Origin: Terriglobia bacterium
Lineage (GTDB): Bacteria > Acidobacteriota > Terriglobia > 20CM-2-55-15
DNA length: 64,000 nt
Reading direction: 5' to 3'
Assembly (NCBI GenBank): GCA_965198225.1
Contig: CBDAOY010000009.1
Coordinates: 160,001-224,000, forward strand
Shown: one piece after another, positions 30,583-40,599 of the stretch
Layout: every line of letters starts with the position of its first letter
Position numbering within the stretch: position 1 is the first letter of the stretch
Made by a program: the position numbers and the translations under genes
The notes under the pieces: generated by a model
Databases searched by the model: none
The model's input: the letters and a program-made list of their open reading frames with translations, nothing else
Told to the model about the DNA's origin: nothing

Positions 30583-31398
30583 TCACCGATGCTGACTGCC
30601 CGGAACCTTGCCGCGAATGTAGTCGACAGCGATCTTGACTTTTTGCTCGTTCAAGACCCGACCCAGTTCTGGAGAAACGAACTTGGCGATTGCCGGCGAG
30701 ATCTTGTCTGTTCGCACGTTCTCCTTCCGGAGGAACAGGACTTCAGACGCGTCGGTCGTGGCGCTGATGCACCCGCCGATCCCGTTGTCGAGGCACTCCA
30801 CCGGGAAGCCCTCTACCTTTCGCAGGTGCTCGGCGGTCACTCCGTTGGCATCGCTATACACGGGAAAGAAGAAGACACGGGTACCCTTGGAAGACCACTC
30901 CCGGTCCAGATCTTCGGACACTGTCCGCAGTACGGCCTGACCGCCGCCGTCCTCACCCATCACGATGATGTGCTTAAAACCCGAGACGACCGCGCTGTTC
31001 GTCATGTCGCGCAGAACGGCTTCGAATGTCGAGTCGCTGAGAGCAATCGTCCCTCCAGCGGTCCCCGGCTTCAGGTGTGAACCGGCCGGCGTGTATGGCA
31101 ACGGATGGTAGGCCAGCGCGTTCCCAAGTTCTTCGGCGATACGACGAGCCTGATACAGCGCCACAAGGTTGTGTTTGTTGATCGCTACGGCGTCCACGTG
31201 CGGTCCGACATACACCGTGTTCTCCGCTTGATAGGTGTTCTCGTGCAGGCCTCCGACGTATAGAATAGCCGTCGTCTTACCCCCCGCGATTGCCTCCATG
31301 ACCTCAGTCCCCGTCATGTCGTCGATCATCACGGTTTGCTGTGCAAACGCCAAACCGCTGATCAGAACGAACACGAGCCCAAACATCGTCGTTCTCAT
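30583..31398 (-). CDS. Secreted creatininase-family protein, divergent
   Basis: MTGTEVMEAIAGGKTTAIL, KHN, GTIALS, GFKHII.MG. Confidence 0.7.
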   Translation of the reverse strand: MRTTMFGLVFVLISGLAFAQQTVMIDDMTGTEVMEAIAGGKTTAILYVGGLHENTYQAENTVYVGPHVDAVAINKHNLVALYQARRIAEELGNALAYHPLPYTPAGSHLKPGTAGGTIALSDSTFEAVLRDMTNSAVVSGFKHIIVMGEDGGGQAVLRTVSEDLDREWSSKGTRVFFFPVYSDANGVTAEHLRKVEGFPVECLDNGIGGCISATTDASEVLFLRKENVRTDKISPAIAKFVSPELGRVLNEQKVKIAVDYIRGKVPGSQHR

Positions 31399-31534
31399 AT
31401 CTCACCTCCTCTTCCGCTGCGGACTGCAAAATGTTGCGCCCTACGCGCTACTCTGTCCGCGGCAATATATCATCGTGCCCGTCAGCACAGCAAAAGCCGC
31501 GAAAGACCCTCGAACTCGCCCGTTCGCGACGATC

Positions 31535-33944
31535 TCAAAACCGCACTTTCGTCTGTACTGTGAACTGTCGGCCGGTGCCGAGGGCAGTCCCTGAAAACAC
31601 GCCGTTGAAGTTGATCACGTTCAAATGGTCGGTCACGTTACGGACGTCGAACTGAACGGACACAGACCGCTCCTGTTCCTCCCACAACCGCAGGCCGACA
31701 GAAAAATCGAGGCTGAGAACCGACCGCAGGCGGCCCCGCTCAAAGTTCACACGCTCGAGGATCGCCGGTGAGATCGACCCTGCCTCGTCATCATCGCCTA
31801 TTGAGTCCATGGCGCGGCCACCGTCATCACCATCATCGTCCTCGAGCTCGACCGGCAGCCCACTACCGTATCGAAAGCCACTCGAGAACCAGACCCGCTC
31901 GTCCGGCTCGAAACGGACTACCGTATCGAAAGCCACTCGAGAACCAGACCCGCTCGTCCGGCTCGAAACGGAATAATGCCGACAAGGTGTTGCGTTGATC
32001 CTGGCTGATCGAGAAGCGCTCGTCGGGCTCGCGCAGTTCGTCGGCTTCGCCACCTTCGATGAACAGGCCTCCAGTGACGGGCGACGTGGCGTGTCCGATC
32101 ATGTTCGAGTAGCTGATCGAAGAAGAAAGCCAACGCCAGCGAGGGAGATCGGCCCGAACCTCAGTGCCGGTGATTCTCGCCGTGTCAAAACTGATCGGAA
32201 ACGATAAGCCGGTGTTGAGGAAGACATCGTCGTCCATGTAGTTCCGGAATGTCCGCCAATAGTGAACGATGTCGACGCGGAGGGCGTCGAAAAGCGGTTT
32301 ACGCAGGCCAACTTCAAAAAAATTGCCGCGCGCGGCGGGAATCGGGACCGATTCGGTGACCGCATCAACGTCCAGTTCTCCTGCGGCGCTGCTCAGCAGG
32401 AGGTTTTCTATAGGCGGCGGCTGGAAGATGCGGTCGTACGACGCACGGAGCTGCAGGTCGGCCTTGGGAATCCAGTAGCTCAAGCCAATCCGTGGGCTGA
32501 TGGCGTCATCTTCGATCAGGAAGTCGTAGCTGTCATAGCGGACACCCAAGCTCGCCGCGAAATAACCCAGGCGGATGTGGTCCTGAAGAAAAAACGAAGC
32601 CTCCCTACTCCTCCTGGTGTCGCGAAAGTCTACGTCGAAGTCGGGAAACTCATCGGTTGGGCCAAAGCGGAATTCCTCGCGCACGTCGCCGACTCGAAGA
32701 TCGCCACCGAACTTCAGTGTATGGTGTTCACCCTCGATAGTAAGGTCTCCGATCAGAACGGACTCTCGGATGCCTCGGTCCTGCTCGACGCGTACCGGTG
32801 TCGACTCTGGATTGCTCCAGAGTTGGGCGTTAAGATTTCGATGCATGAAGCGAACCGCGGCCAGCACTCTCTGCGAAATCACGCGCTGGTAGTGCAGCTG
32901 TGTTGCGGTCTCGCCTGAAAACCGATCCTGACGCTGCGCCGCGTCCTGTTGCACGAGGTCGTTCGGCACCAGGAATCGGGTTTCGTTGGTCCGTAGATAG
33001 AACGACACTCGGTCCTGGTCGCTCAGATCCTGGTCGACACGGATGTTGAAGCCGCCGGCGGTGGCGTTGTTCGTAAAATTCTCGACCGATGGCGGGTCCA
33101 GGTACCGGTCCGTGTAACCACCGTGGCCACCGAGGGAGATCGAAGTATCCTGGGTTCGGAACTGGTGCCGGATCGACCCGGCACGGTTGTCAAAGCTGCC
33201 GATCTGGGAATCGAACGCGGTGCTGTGACCGGGGGTGCCGGCCCGGTGCGTGTCGAGCGCGATGACCCCGCCCAGACGTCGGCCGTACTCGGCCGGCATG
33301 CCGGCGGTCATCACGCTCACAGCTTCGAACTCGCTGGTCTCGAAGGCAGGTGCAAACCCGATCGACCGGTTGTCGTAGACGGGCATCCCGTCGACGACGT
33401 ACTGCGTGTCGTATTCCGATCCCCTCGGATGGAGAACCGCATTGGCCTCCAGCAACCAGCCCGGCAACGTCGTCACGACGTCCACGGCACTACGGCCGAG
33501 GGATGTTGCGGGGATTTCATCCAACTGCTGGCGGCCGACCCGCATTACGGCTGCGGGTTGTGTGATGTCCAAAAGAGGTGGATTGTCGGTCACTGTGATC
33601 GCAGTGGTGCCCCCGGCTACTTCGAGCGTTACCGTAATCTCGCGGGGAACGGCCGAGCGAACTTCAACAGTGGTACTGATTTCGTCAAATCCGCTTTGAC
33701 GAACGGTGAGGCTATAGACACCGAGTGGAACGCGCACGAGCCGCGCGCGACCCTCCGAGTCCGCCCGAATCGTTGCTTCAAATTGTGGATTCCGGCCCGT
33801 CAGCTGAACTTCAGCCGGTACCGCCAGCTCGTCCGGGTCGCGGACCACGACCCGTATTTCGCCCTGCATGACCTGAGCGATCGCGACGTTCGAACAGAAC
33901 AGTACGATCGCGAATAAGCCGTGCCAGCGGCCAAGTCCTTCCAT
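31535..33944 (-). pseudogene. TonB-dependent receptor frameshifted by a 55-bp tandem duplication
   Basis: Plug HPRGSEYDTQYVVDG; beta-barrel motifs; C-terminal ...VQTKVRF in another frame; duplication at 31862-31971. Confidence 0.85.
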
Positions 33945-34074
33945 CGTGAGGATGCCTCTACTCTCGAACCGAGATCAGAGTGGCGCCAAAGAGCCGCTCT
34001 TCGGCCTGAACCTTACACCAATACCTTCCACGGCGTGAGCGATAAGAAGACGGTCTACCGCCTCTACTTAAACT

Positions 34075-34118
34075 CCCCTCCTCAGATGAGGAGGGGTGGC
34101 GCGATGCGCCGGGGTGGT
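34075..34118. repeat. REP-like palindrome
   Basis: CCCCTCCTC-AGAT-GAGGAGGGG followed by a GGCGC..GCGCC hairpin; single copy in the window. Confidence 0.5.
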
Positions 34119-34349
34119 GCTGAAGTTGAGGCAGCCCGAAAAGGCGGCTGCGGCACCGGCCGGCGACTGGAAAGGAGGAGAGTTCAATTCAGCTTACTTC
34201 TCAATCGAATTCGTCTCCCCGCCACCTTCGTTGACCCCAACCCGTTCCTGCCATAGTATTTATCAAGTTTTTCCGCAATATCAGTACAGCCAGGACAATC
34301 AGGGACTGGAGCGGCCATATCTCCGGGATCGTCTTGACGGGAGGGCAGG

Positions 34350-36425
34350 GTGAAAGTTCAGTACATGATCGCGGCCCTATTCGGCGCGCTGTTGACCTTC
34401 AGCGCAACGGAGAGTCCAAGTTTCGCAGTTGCCTCCCAACCGCAGGAGCCGTTTCCGTCGGTCTACAGCGCCGAGCAGGCGACGAGCGGCCGCGGCGTGT
34501 ACGGACAGCATTGTGCCGTCTGCCACGGAGCGAATCTCCACGACGGCACGGCGCCCCCGCTGGCCGGCCCCCAATTCAATGCCGCCTGGAGCGCTGACCG
34601 CACGCTCTACGATCTTCTCTATCTCACAAGAACGACCATGCCCGCGGGAGCCGGCAACAGCCTGTCGACCCAACAGTACGTCGACGTGGTGGCCTTTATC
34701 CTTCAGCAGAACGGGTATCCTTCCGGCGATCTGGTCCTGACCGACAACCCCGACCTTCTGGGAACGATCCGAATCGAATCGGGCCTGGCCACCGAAAGCA
34801 CCTCGGCCCAGCGAGGCGTTGCTTTCATCGAGGGCGAAGACGGCATGGCGCCCAGCACGAATCGACCGGCTCCGGGAGAACTCGAGGGAGCGAGCGACAA
34901 CAATCGCGACTGGTTGTTCCACACGCACGACTACACAGGCAGACGCTATTCCTCCCTCTCCGAGATCAACACCGGCAACGTATCCGAACTACGGCCCGTC
35001 TGCCTCTATCAATTCAACGAACAGAGCAGTTTCCAGACCGGTCCCATCGTCTACGATGGCGTGATGTACATGACCACGGCCCACCAGACCGTTGCGCTGA
35101 ATGCGGCCGATTGTCGGCCGATATGGAAGCACGTCTGGGAACCGCAGGATCAGGAAGTCTGGTTGAATAACAGGGGCGTCGCGATACATGACGGGCGTGT
35201 TGTGCGCGGCACATCGGATGGATACCTGTTTGCTCTGGACTCGATGAACGGAAGGCTGCTCTGGGCTCGAAAGGTTGCCGATCCGAGCGTCGGCGAAACG
35301 TTTACGATGGCACCGATGATCTTTGAGGACCTGGTGCTCATCGGTCCGGCCGGTAGCGAAAACGCCATATCGGGATGGGTCGGCGCGTTTCGGCTGGCCG
35401 ACGGCACGCCCGTATGGCGTTTCAACACCGTTCCTGGGGCCCGCGAACCGGGCGATGACACGTGGGGCAACCCCGCGAACATCGTCCTGGGTGGCGGAGC
35501 GACCTGGACTCCGTTTTCCATGGATCTGGAGCGCGAGGAACTCTATGTCGCCGTCACCAACCCCGCCCCCGATCTTCCGGCCGACCTGAGACCCGGGTCG
35601 AATCTCTACACCAATTCGATCGTGGCGCTCGATGTCCGTTCCGGCGAACTCCGCTGGTACGAGCAGATGGTTCCCAACGACGATCATGATTGGGATCTGA
35701 CGCAGGTCAGCCCGGTTTTCACTACCGAGATCGATGGACGGCAGCGCAACCTGGTTGCGACGGTGGGCAAGGACGGGATACTGCGCGGTGTGGACCGCGA
35801 CACCTATGAAAGAGTCTACGAGACGGCCGTCACGACTATAGAAAACGTGGAGGCGCCCGTGACGACGGAGGGTGTCCGCGCCTGCCCGGGTGTTCTAGGC
35901 GGCGTTGAATGGAACGGTCCCGCCTTACACCCCGCGACGAACACTCTTTTTGTCCCGGCGGTCGACTGGTGCAGCACGTTTACCCGGGCTGAGGAGGTCC
36001 GTTACATCGAGGGAGAGCTCTTCATGGGGGGCACTATCGAAATGGACGGCCTCGAGGTGCTGAGCATGGAAAGCGGTGCCGACAACATGTCGGCGCAATC
36101 CCAGGGTTGGCTGACCGCCGTCGATGCCGCCGCCGGTGAGGTTCGCTGGAGATACCGTTCCGAACGTCCCATGGTCGCGGCCGTGACAACAACGGGCGGG
36201 GGACTCGTGCTCACGGGAGAGCTGACTGGAGATTTCTTAGTTCTGGAAGCCGTAGGCGGTGAGGTCTTATATCGGTTCAACACCGGCGGCCCGATCGGCG
36301 GCGGTATCGTGACCTACCAGGTGGATGGTAAACAATACATCGCCGTGATGTCGGGCAGTCCGTCGCCATTCTGGGTCGATGAACATCCCGGCTCTCCGAC
36401 CGCTCTGATCTTTGCTTTGCCATGA
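34350..36425 (+). CDS. PQQ-dependent dehydrogenase with N-terminal cytochrome c
   Basis: CAVCH; RYSSLSEINTGNV, NRGVA, GGGATW, NLYTNSIVALD, CPGVLGGVEW. Confidence 0.9.
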   Translation: MKVQYMIAALFGALLTFSATESPSFAVASQPQEPFPSVYSAEQATSGRGVYGQHCAVCHGANLHDGTAPPLAGPQFNAAWSADRTLYDLLYLTRTTMPAGAGNSLSTQQYVDVVAFILQQNGYPSGDLVLTDNPDLLGTIRIESGLATESTSAQRGVAFIEGEDGMAPSTNRPAPGELEGASDNNRDWLFHTHDYTGRRYSSLSEINTGNVSELRPVCLYQFNEQSSFQTGPIVYDGVMYMTTAHQTVALNAADCRPIWKHVWEPQDQEVWLNNRGVAIHDGRVVRGTSDGYLFALDSMNGRLLWARKVADPSVGETFTMAPMIFEDLVLIGPAGSENAISGWVGAFRLADGTPVWRFNTVPGAREPGDDTWGNPANIVLGGGATWTPFSMDLEREELYVAVTNPAPDLPADLRPGSNLYTNSIVALDVRSGELRWYEQMVPNDDHDWDLTQVSPVFTTEIDGRQRNLVATVGKDGILRGVDRDTYERVYETAVTTIENVEAPVTTEGVRACPGVLGGVEWNGPALHPATNTLFVPAVDWCSTFTRAEEVRYIEGELFMGGTIEMDGLEVLSMESGADNMSAQSQGWLTAVDAAAGEVRWRYRSERPMVAAVTTTGGGLVLTGELTGDFLVLEAVGGEVLYRFNTGGPIGGGIVTYQVDGKQYIAVMSGSPSPFWVDEHPGSPTALIFALP

Positions 36426-36453
36426 TCGAGGAACAGGTGAGGGTGCGTAGGCA

Positions 36454-36699
36454 TCATCCCGCCTCGGCGGACAGAGCATCCGTCGACTCGGAGTCAATCG
36501 GAGTGAAAAATCCCTTCTCGGGGCACTGGAGCAGCCAATCGACCAAGCCCTCATTCGGCGGAGCCACCCGTCGGATGAGCCGGTACGCCCCCCTATCGAG
36601 GCGCTCAACCTCAAATTCCTGGCCCGCCTCGATGTGGTCTTGCAGTCGAAGTTCTGCGGGCAACACGATCTGACCCTTTGAGGATACGGTCGTCTTCAT
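36454..36699 (-). CDS. AbrB/MazE-family antitoxin, orphan
   Basis: MKTTVSSKGQIVLPAELR; no toxin ORF downstream. Confidence 0.85.
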   Translation of the reverse strand: MKTTVSSKGQIVLPAELRLQDHIEAGQEFEVERLDRGAYRLIRRVAPPNEGLVDWLLQCPEKGFFTPIDSESTDALSAEAG

Positions 36700-36914
36700 G
36701 ACATGTAAGATATCGCCTCACGCGTGGATTCGTAAACAAACCGGTTGGCGGAATTCCAGTTTGCCCAACCTGGACACGCTCTTGAGGAAGCCCCCCACTG
36801 TCGCAAATCAACCGAAACGAATCGCGACGGCTTCGGCCTTTCAACCAAACCGCCAATTCGCTTCGAAAACCCCAGGGTTTCGAATATCCTAACCGCCTAT
36901 CCAGAGGGACGATC

Positions 36915-37753
36915 ATGCGAAGAGCACTTTTTCTTCTGGCCGTGCTGTTCTATCTGGAAAGCCCGGCGTTCGCTACATGGTCCGTGATTGCTGTCGATAG
37001 GAGCACGCAGCGTGCCGTGATGGCGGCAGCGTCCTGTGTCGACACCACGGACGATCGGATGAAAGATGCGATTGCCGTCGTGGTGCCCGGCGTCGGGATT
37101 GCAGCGTGCCAGGCGGCAGCTGATGGTTCGGGTCGGAACCAGATGCTTGTCTTCGAAGAACTGAACAAAGGTACCGAGCCGCGGCAGATCATCGAGATGT
37201 TGAGCGCCGATCCTGCTTTCCAGTCGCGCCAGTTCGCGATCGTCGACATGGACGGCCAGGCCGCCGGGCATTCCGGACTCGGTAACGGCTTTGTGACGCA
37301 GTTCATGTACGGTCAGGTGCCGGGCACGGAGATCTTCTATGCGGTCCAGGGCAATACTCTCCGGATGCATGACGTCGTTCCCGCCGCCGTCGAGGCGTTC
37401 ATCGAAACGGACGGTTCGCTTGCGGACCGTGCATTGCGGACCGTGCAATGGCGGCTTTGGAAACGGGAGACCGCGCCGGTGGCGACAGCCGCTGCACGTG
37501 CCCCCCGACTCCGGCAGACGGCAGCGAGCCGCCAATCCCCTGCGATGCCAAGACATCCCATGTCGCGTACGTTCTGATGGCCGAACCAACCGACACCAAC
37601 GGTGAGTCGTACAACGACGGCGACTACGCGATGTACATCACCGTCTCACAGCCTTCACCGGACCACCCGCAAGGCATCAGGGCAGGTGAGGATCTCAATC
37701 CGGTGAAGACGCTGCGGATGCGCTACGATGCGTGGCGCAGTTCGGGGCCGTGA
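36915..37753 (+). pseudogene. DUF1028 (Ntn-hydrolase-like) protein frameshifted by a 14-bp duplication
   Basis: ATWSVIAVD, RQFAIVD, VQGN; removing one TTGCGGACCGTGCA restores LADRAMAALETGDRAGGDSRC. Confidence 0.85.
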
Positions 37754-37836
37754 TCGAAGATCGGCCGCAACACCACCAGGCAGGACGATGTCCCACAACG
37801 AGAGACGCGACTGATCAGAGATAACCCCCGAACCCG

Positions 37837-39111
37837 ATGACCGCCGGCCCACGAACCAGCGCCGAAGATCTTGCCGAGGACCTGCGCGAAGCGCGCGGGC
37901 GGGAGCTGACGCTTTTCACCGACCTTTCCGATGCGCAACTGCTCGGCCCGCAGGACCACTTCATCGAACCTCCGATCTGGGAAGTCGGACACGTCGGTTG
38001 GTTTCAGGAGTACTGGATCCTCCGGCGACTCGCAGGGGCGAGACCGCTCCTCGAAAATGGGGACAGCATTTACGATTCGTTCAATGTGTCGTACAAACTT
38101 CGCTGGGATCACGATTTTCTGGCGCGGGACCAGACACTGGACTACCTGCAGACCGTCCTCGATCGCTCGATCGAACGGCTGGAGCAGGGTGAGCCGAACG
38201 ACGAGGAGAAGTACTTCTACTGGCTGGTCAGCCAGCACGAATACATGCACTCGGAGAACCTCTGCATGGTGCGGCAGACCCTGGGATACCCGAGGCCGAG
38301 GTTCGAGGAGGCGGAAGTTTCGCCGGATCCGAACTTCGCGCCGGCGGACGTTGAGATTCCTGGCGGGAACTGTTCCCTGGGTGCTCCGATGGATGGCTCC
38401 TTCGTTTTCGACAACGAAAAGTGGGCGCACGACGTCGAAATTGCGTCGTTCCGCATCGCCAACGCGCCGGTGACGAACGCGGCGTTCCTCGAGTTCGTGA
38501 AGGAGGGGGGATACGGAACGAGGAGATTCTGGGGGAAGCACGGCTGGGAGTGGCGTCGGCGGGAAGGCGCAAGCCATCCGCTGTTCTGGCTCGAGACCGG
38601 CGGAGGTTGGATGCAGCAGCACTTCGACTTCCAGATTCCGCTGAGCCCGGAGAGCCCAGTGGTTCACGTCAACTGGTATGAGGCCCGGGCGTACTGCAAA
38701 TGGGCCGGTCGCCGGCTTCCGACGGAGGCGGAGTGGGAGCTGGCGGCTTCGGGCCCGGAGAAGCGCCTCTTCCCCTGGGGAGACGAACTTCCGACCCCGG
38801 AACGGGCCAACCTGGACTGGAGTCACGTCGGGGTTGTCGACGTGAGTGCCTATCCGGAAGGCGACAGCGTCTTCGGTTGCCGCCAGATGATCGGCAACAT
38901 CTGGGAGTGGACCGACAGCTACCTGGAGCCCTATCCGGGCTTTACCCCTGATCCTTACCAGGAATACTCCCAGCCGTACTTCGGACAGAAGCCGGTCCTG
39001 CGGGGCGGGGGATTCGCGTCGCGGTCGAAGATGGTTCGCAACACGTGGCGGAACTTTTTCATGCGGCACCGTCGCAACATCGTAGCCGGATTCCGGACCT
39101 GTGCCCTTTGA
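37837..39111 (+). CDS. DinB + FGE-sulfatase non-heme iron enzyme, SenA/EgtB family (SenA-like)
   Basis: PPIWEVGHVGWFQEYW, HEYMHSE, FDNEKWAH, RLPTEAEWE, RNFF...AGFRTCAL. Confidence 0.8.
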   Translation: MTAGPRTSAEDLAEDLREARGRELTLFTDLSDAQLLGPQDHFIEPPIWEVGHVGWFQEYWILRRLAGARPLLENGDSIYDSFNVSYKLRWDHDFLARDQTLDYLQTVLDRSIERLEQGEPNDEEKYFYWLVSQHEYMHSENLCMVRQTLGYPRPRFEEAEVSPDPNFAPADVEIPGGNCSLGAPMDGSFVFDNEKWAHDVEIASFRIANAPVTNAAFLEFVKEGGYGTRRFWGKHGWEWRRREGASHPLFWLETGGGWMQQHFDFQIPLSPESPVVHVNWYEARAYCKWAGRRLPTEAEWELAASGPEKRLFPWGDELPTPERANLDWSHVGVVDVSAYPEGDSVFGCRQMIGNIWEWTDSYLEPYPGFTPDPYQEYSQPYFGQKPVLRGGGFASRSKMVRNTWRNFFMRHRRNIVAGFRTCAL

Positions 39112-39650
39112 GGTACCGAGGCGAACTTCTCGTTCGGCGGCGGGGCGACTTCAACGGGCGGAGGGTCGATTCCGTAGTCGATGAACTTGCGTATCTGCTC
39201 CGTCATCTTTTCGAATTCTTTCGAACGTTTTTCGAGGTCTTTGACCGCCCAGCCTTCAGACATGGGAGAGTACGCGCAAGCCTGCAGTTCCACGGCGACT
39301 CGTCGAAACTTGTTATCCACGTCCTTCAGGAAACTGTCCAAGCGCATCTTTCGATTGTAGTGCTCCCGTGCCTCCTTCAGGTCGCGAGGATCGGTGAAGA
39401 TGCCTTCCAGGAAGGCATCTTCCGCCCGCCGGCCGATTCCCTCCGCTTCTGGCCAAAGACGCGCGTTGTCTTCGGCCTCTTCCTTTCGGCGCTCCGCTTC
39501 TTCTCGCCGCTCCCTCTCGCCTTCGGTTTCTTCGGGAACGTCCATCTTTCCCAGTTTCCGCTTCTGCTCTCCCTCGCTTTGCGCGTAGGTCGGTACCGGA
39601 AGAAGAGAAAGAACGATGCCTAGAATGAAGTATCGGATCAGAGTCTTCAT
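38955..39650 (-). CDS. Secreted hypothetical protein; 3' end uncertain (overlaps the convergent gene)
   Basis: Signal peptide MKTLIRYFILGIVLSLLPVPTYA; charged helical body. Confidence 0.5.
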   Translation of the reverse strand: MKTLIRYFILGIVLSLLPVPTYAQSEGEQKRKLGKMDVPEETEGERERREEAERRKEEAEDNARLWPEAEGIGRRAEDAFLEGIFTDPRDLKEAREHYNRKMRLDSFLKDVDNKFRRVAVELQACAYSPMSEGWAVKDLEKRSKEFEKMTEQIRKFIDYGIDPPPVEVAPPPNEKFASVPQRAQVRNPATMLRRCRMKKFRHVLRTIFDRDANPPPRRTGFCPKYGWEYSW

Positions 39651-39771
39651 GGTTTTGTCCCGGATTCCTATAACTATCCTGCGACCGGGCAGCGGCACCA
39701 TCAAGAGAAAACAGGGTGGGTGAGCCATGGCGGGGGATTCGATTACCCGAGTTGGCGGACATCGGTCGACC

Positions 39772-40599
39772 CTACTTGATCAGCTCCCTCTCCAACCGCT
39801 TCATCGCGATCACGAAAGCCACGGAGCCGATCGACAACAGGTAGGCGACGTGGACCACGACGCCCGGCACAACCCGGCCGGTCGTCAGCTGCCTGAGCAG
39901 CTCTACTCCGTGATAGAGCGGGACGGCCTGGACCAACCATTGTGCGAACCCAGGTAGCTGAGTGACCGGAAAAAAGGTGCCGCTGAACAGGAACATCGGC
40001 ATCACGAGCAGGCCCATCACGATGTCGAAATCCTCGACCCTTCGCACAAAGCTCGTGATGCAGAGCGCGATGGCCGCGAAAGTAGCCGAAACCAGCACCG
40101 AGCCGGGCAAGGCGAGTATCGCCCAGGCTGAGGGCAGCATCCGGGGCCCGATCGTCTGTCCCATCAATAGAACCACCAAGAGGAAGGCGGCCGCGTAGAT
40201 CGAGCCCCGCGTCAGCGCCCAGAGCATTTCGCCGAACGCGATATCGGGAACGCGCATCGGCGTCGCCAGGATACCGTCGTAGGTTCTCTTGTAGTACAGC
40301 TTGAAGAAGATGTTGAAGAAGCCGTCGCTGATCGCGCCGTTCATGCAACTCGCTGCCAGAAGGCCCGGCGCCACGAACGTGCTGTAAGGTATCCCGCCGA
40401 CCTCACCAATCATCGATCCCAATCCGAAGCCGATTCCCAGCAGGTAGAAGAGCGGCTCGAAAAACCCGGAAAACACGATCATCCACAGGTGCTTGTACAC
40501 GAGCAGGTTGCGCTGGATCATCCGGAATGATCGGCGCAGAGAGGGGATCGCCGGTGACGGGACACGGGTCCGACCCCAAGTGCTCGACGTCGTCCTCAC
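39772..40599 (-). CDS. ABC-2 type permease (NodJ-like)
   Basis: FFEPLFYLLGIG, FVAPGLLA, FLFSGTFFP; GTGA overlap. Confidence 0.9.
   Translation of the reverse strand: MRTTSSTWGRTRVPSPAIPSLRRSFRMIQRNLLVYKHLWMIVFSGFFEPLFYLLGIGFGLGSMIGEVGGIPYSTFVAPGLLAASCMNGAISDGFFNIFFKLYYKRTYDGILATPMRVPDIAFGEMLWALTRGSIYAAAFLLVVLLMGQTIGPRMLPSAWAILALPGSVLVSATFAAIALCITSFVRRVEDFDIVMGLLVMPMFLFSGTFFPVTQLPGFAQWLVQAVPLYHGVELLRQLTTGRVVPGVVVHVAYLLSIGSVAFVIAMKRLERELIK

Noticed and set aside
33945-34349. Possible riboswitch upstream of the TonB receptor
   Set aside because: No cobalamin, TPP or other consensus recognised; only a REP-like palindrome.
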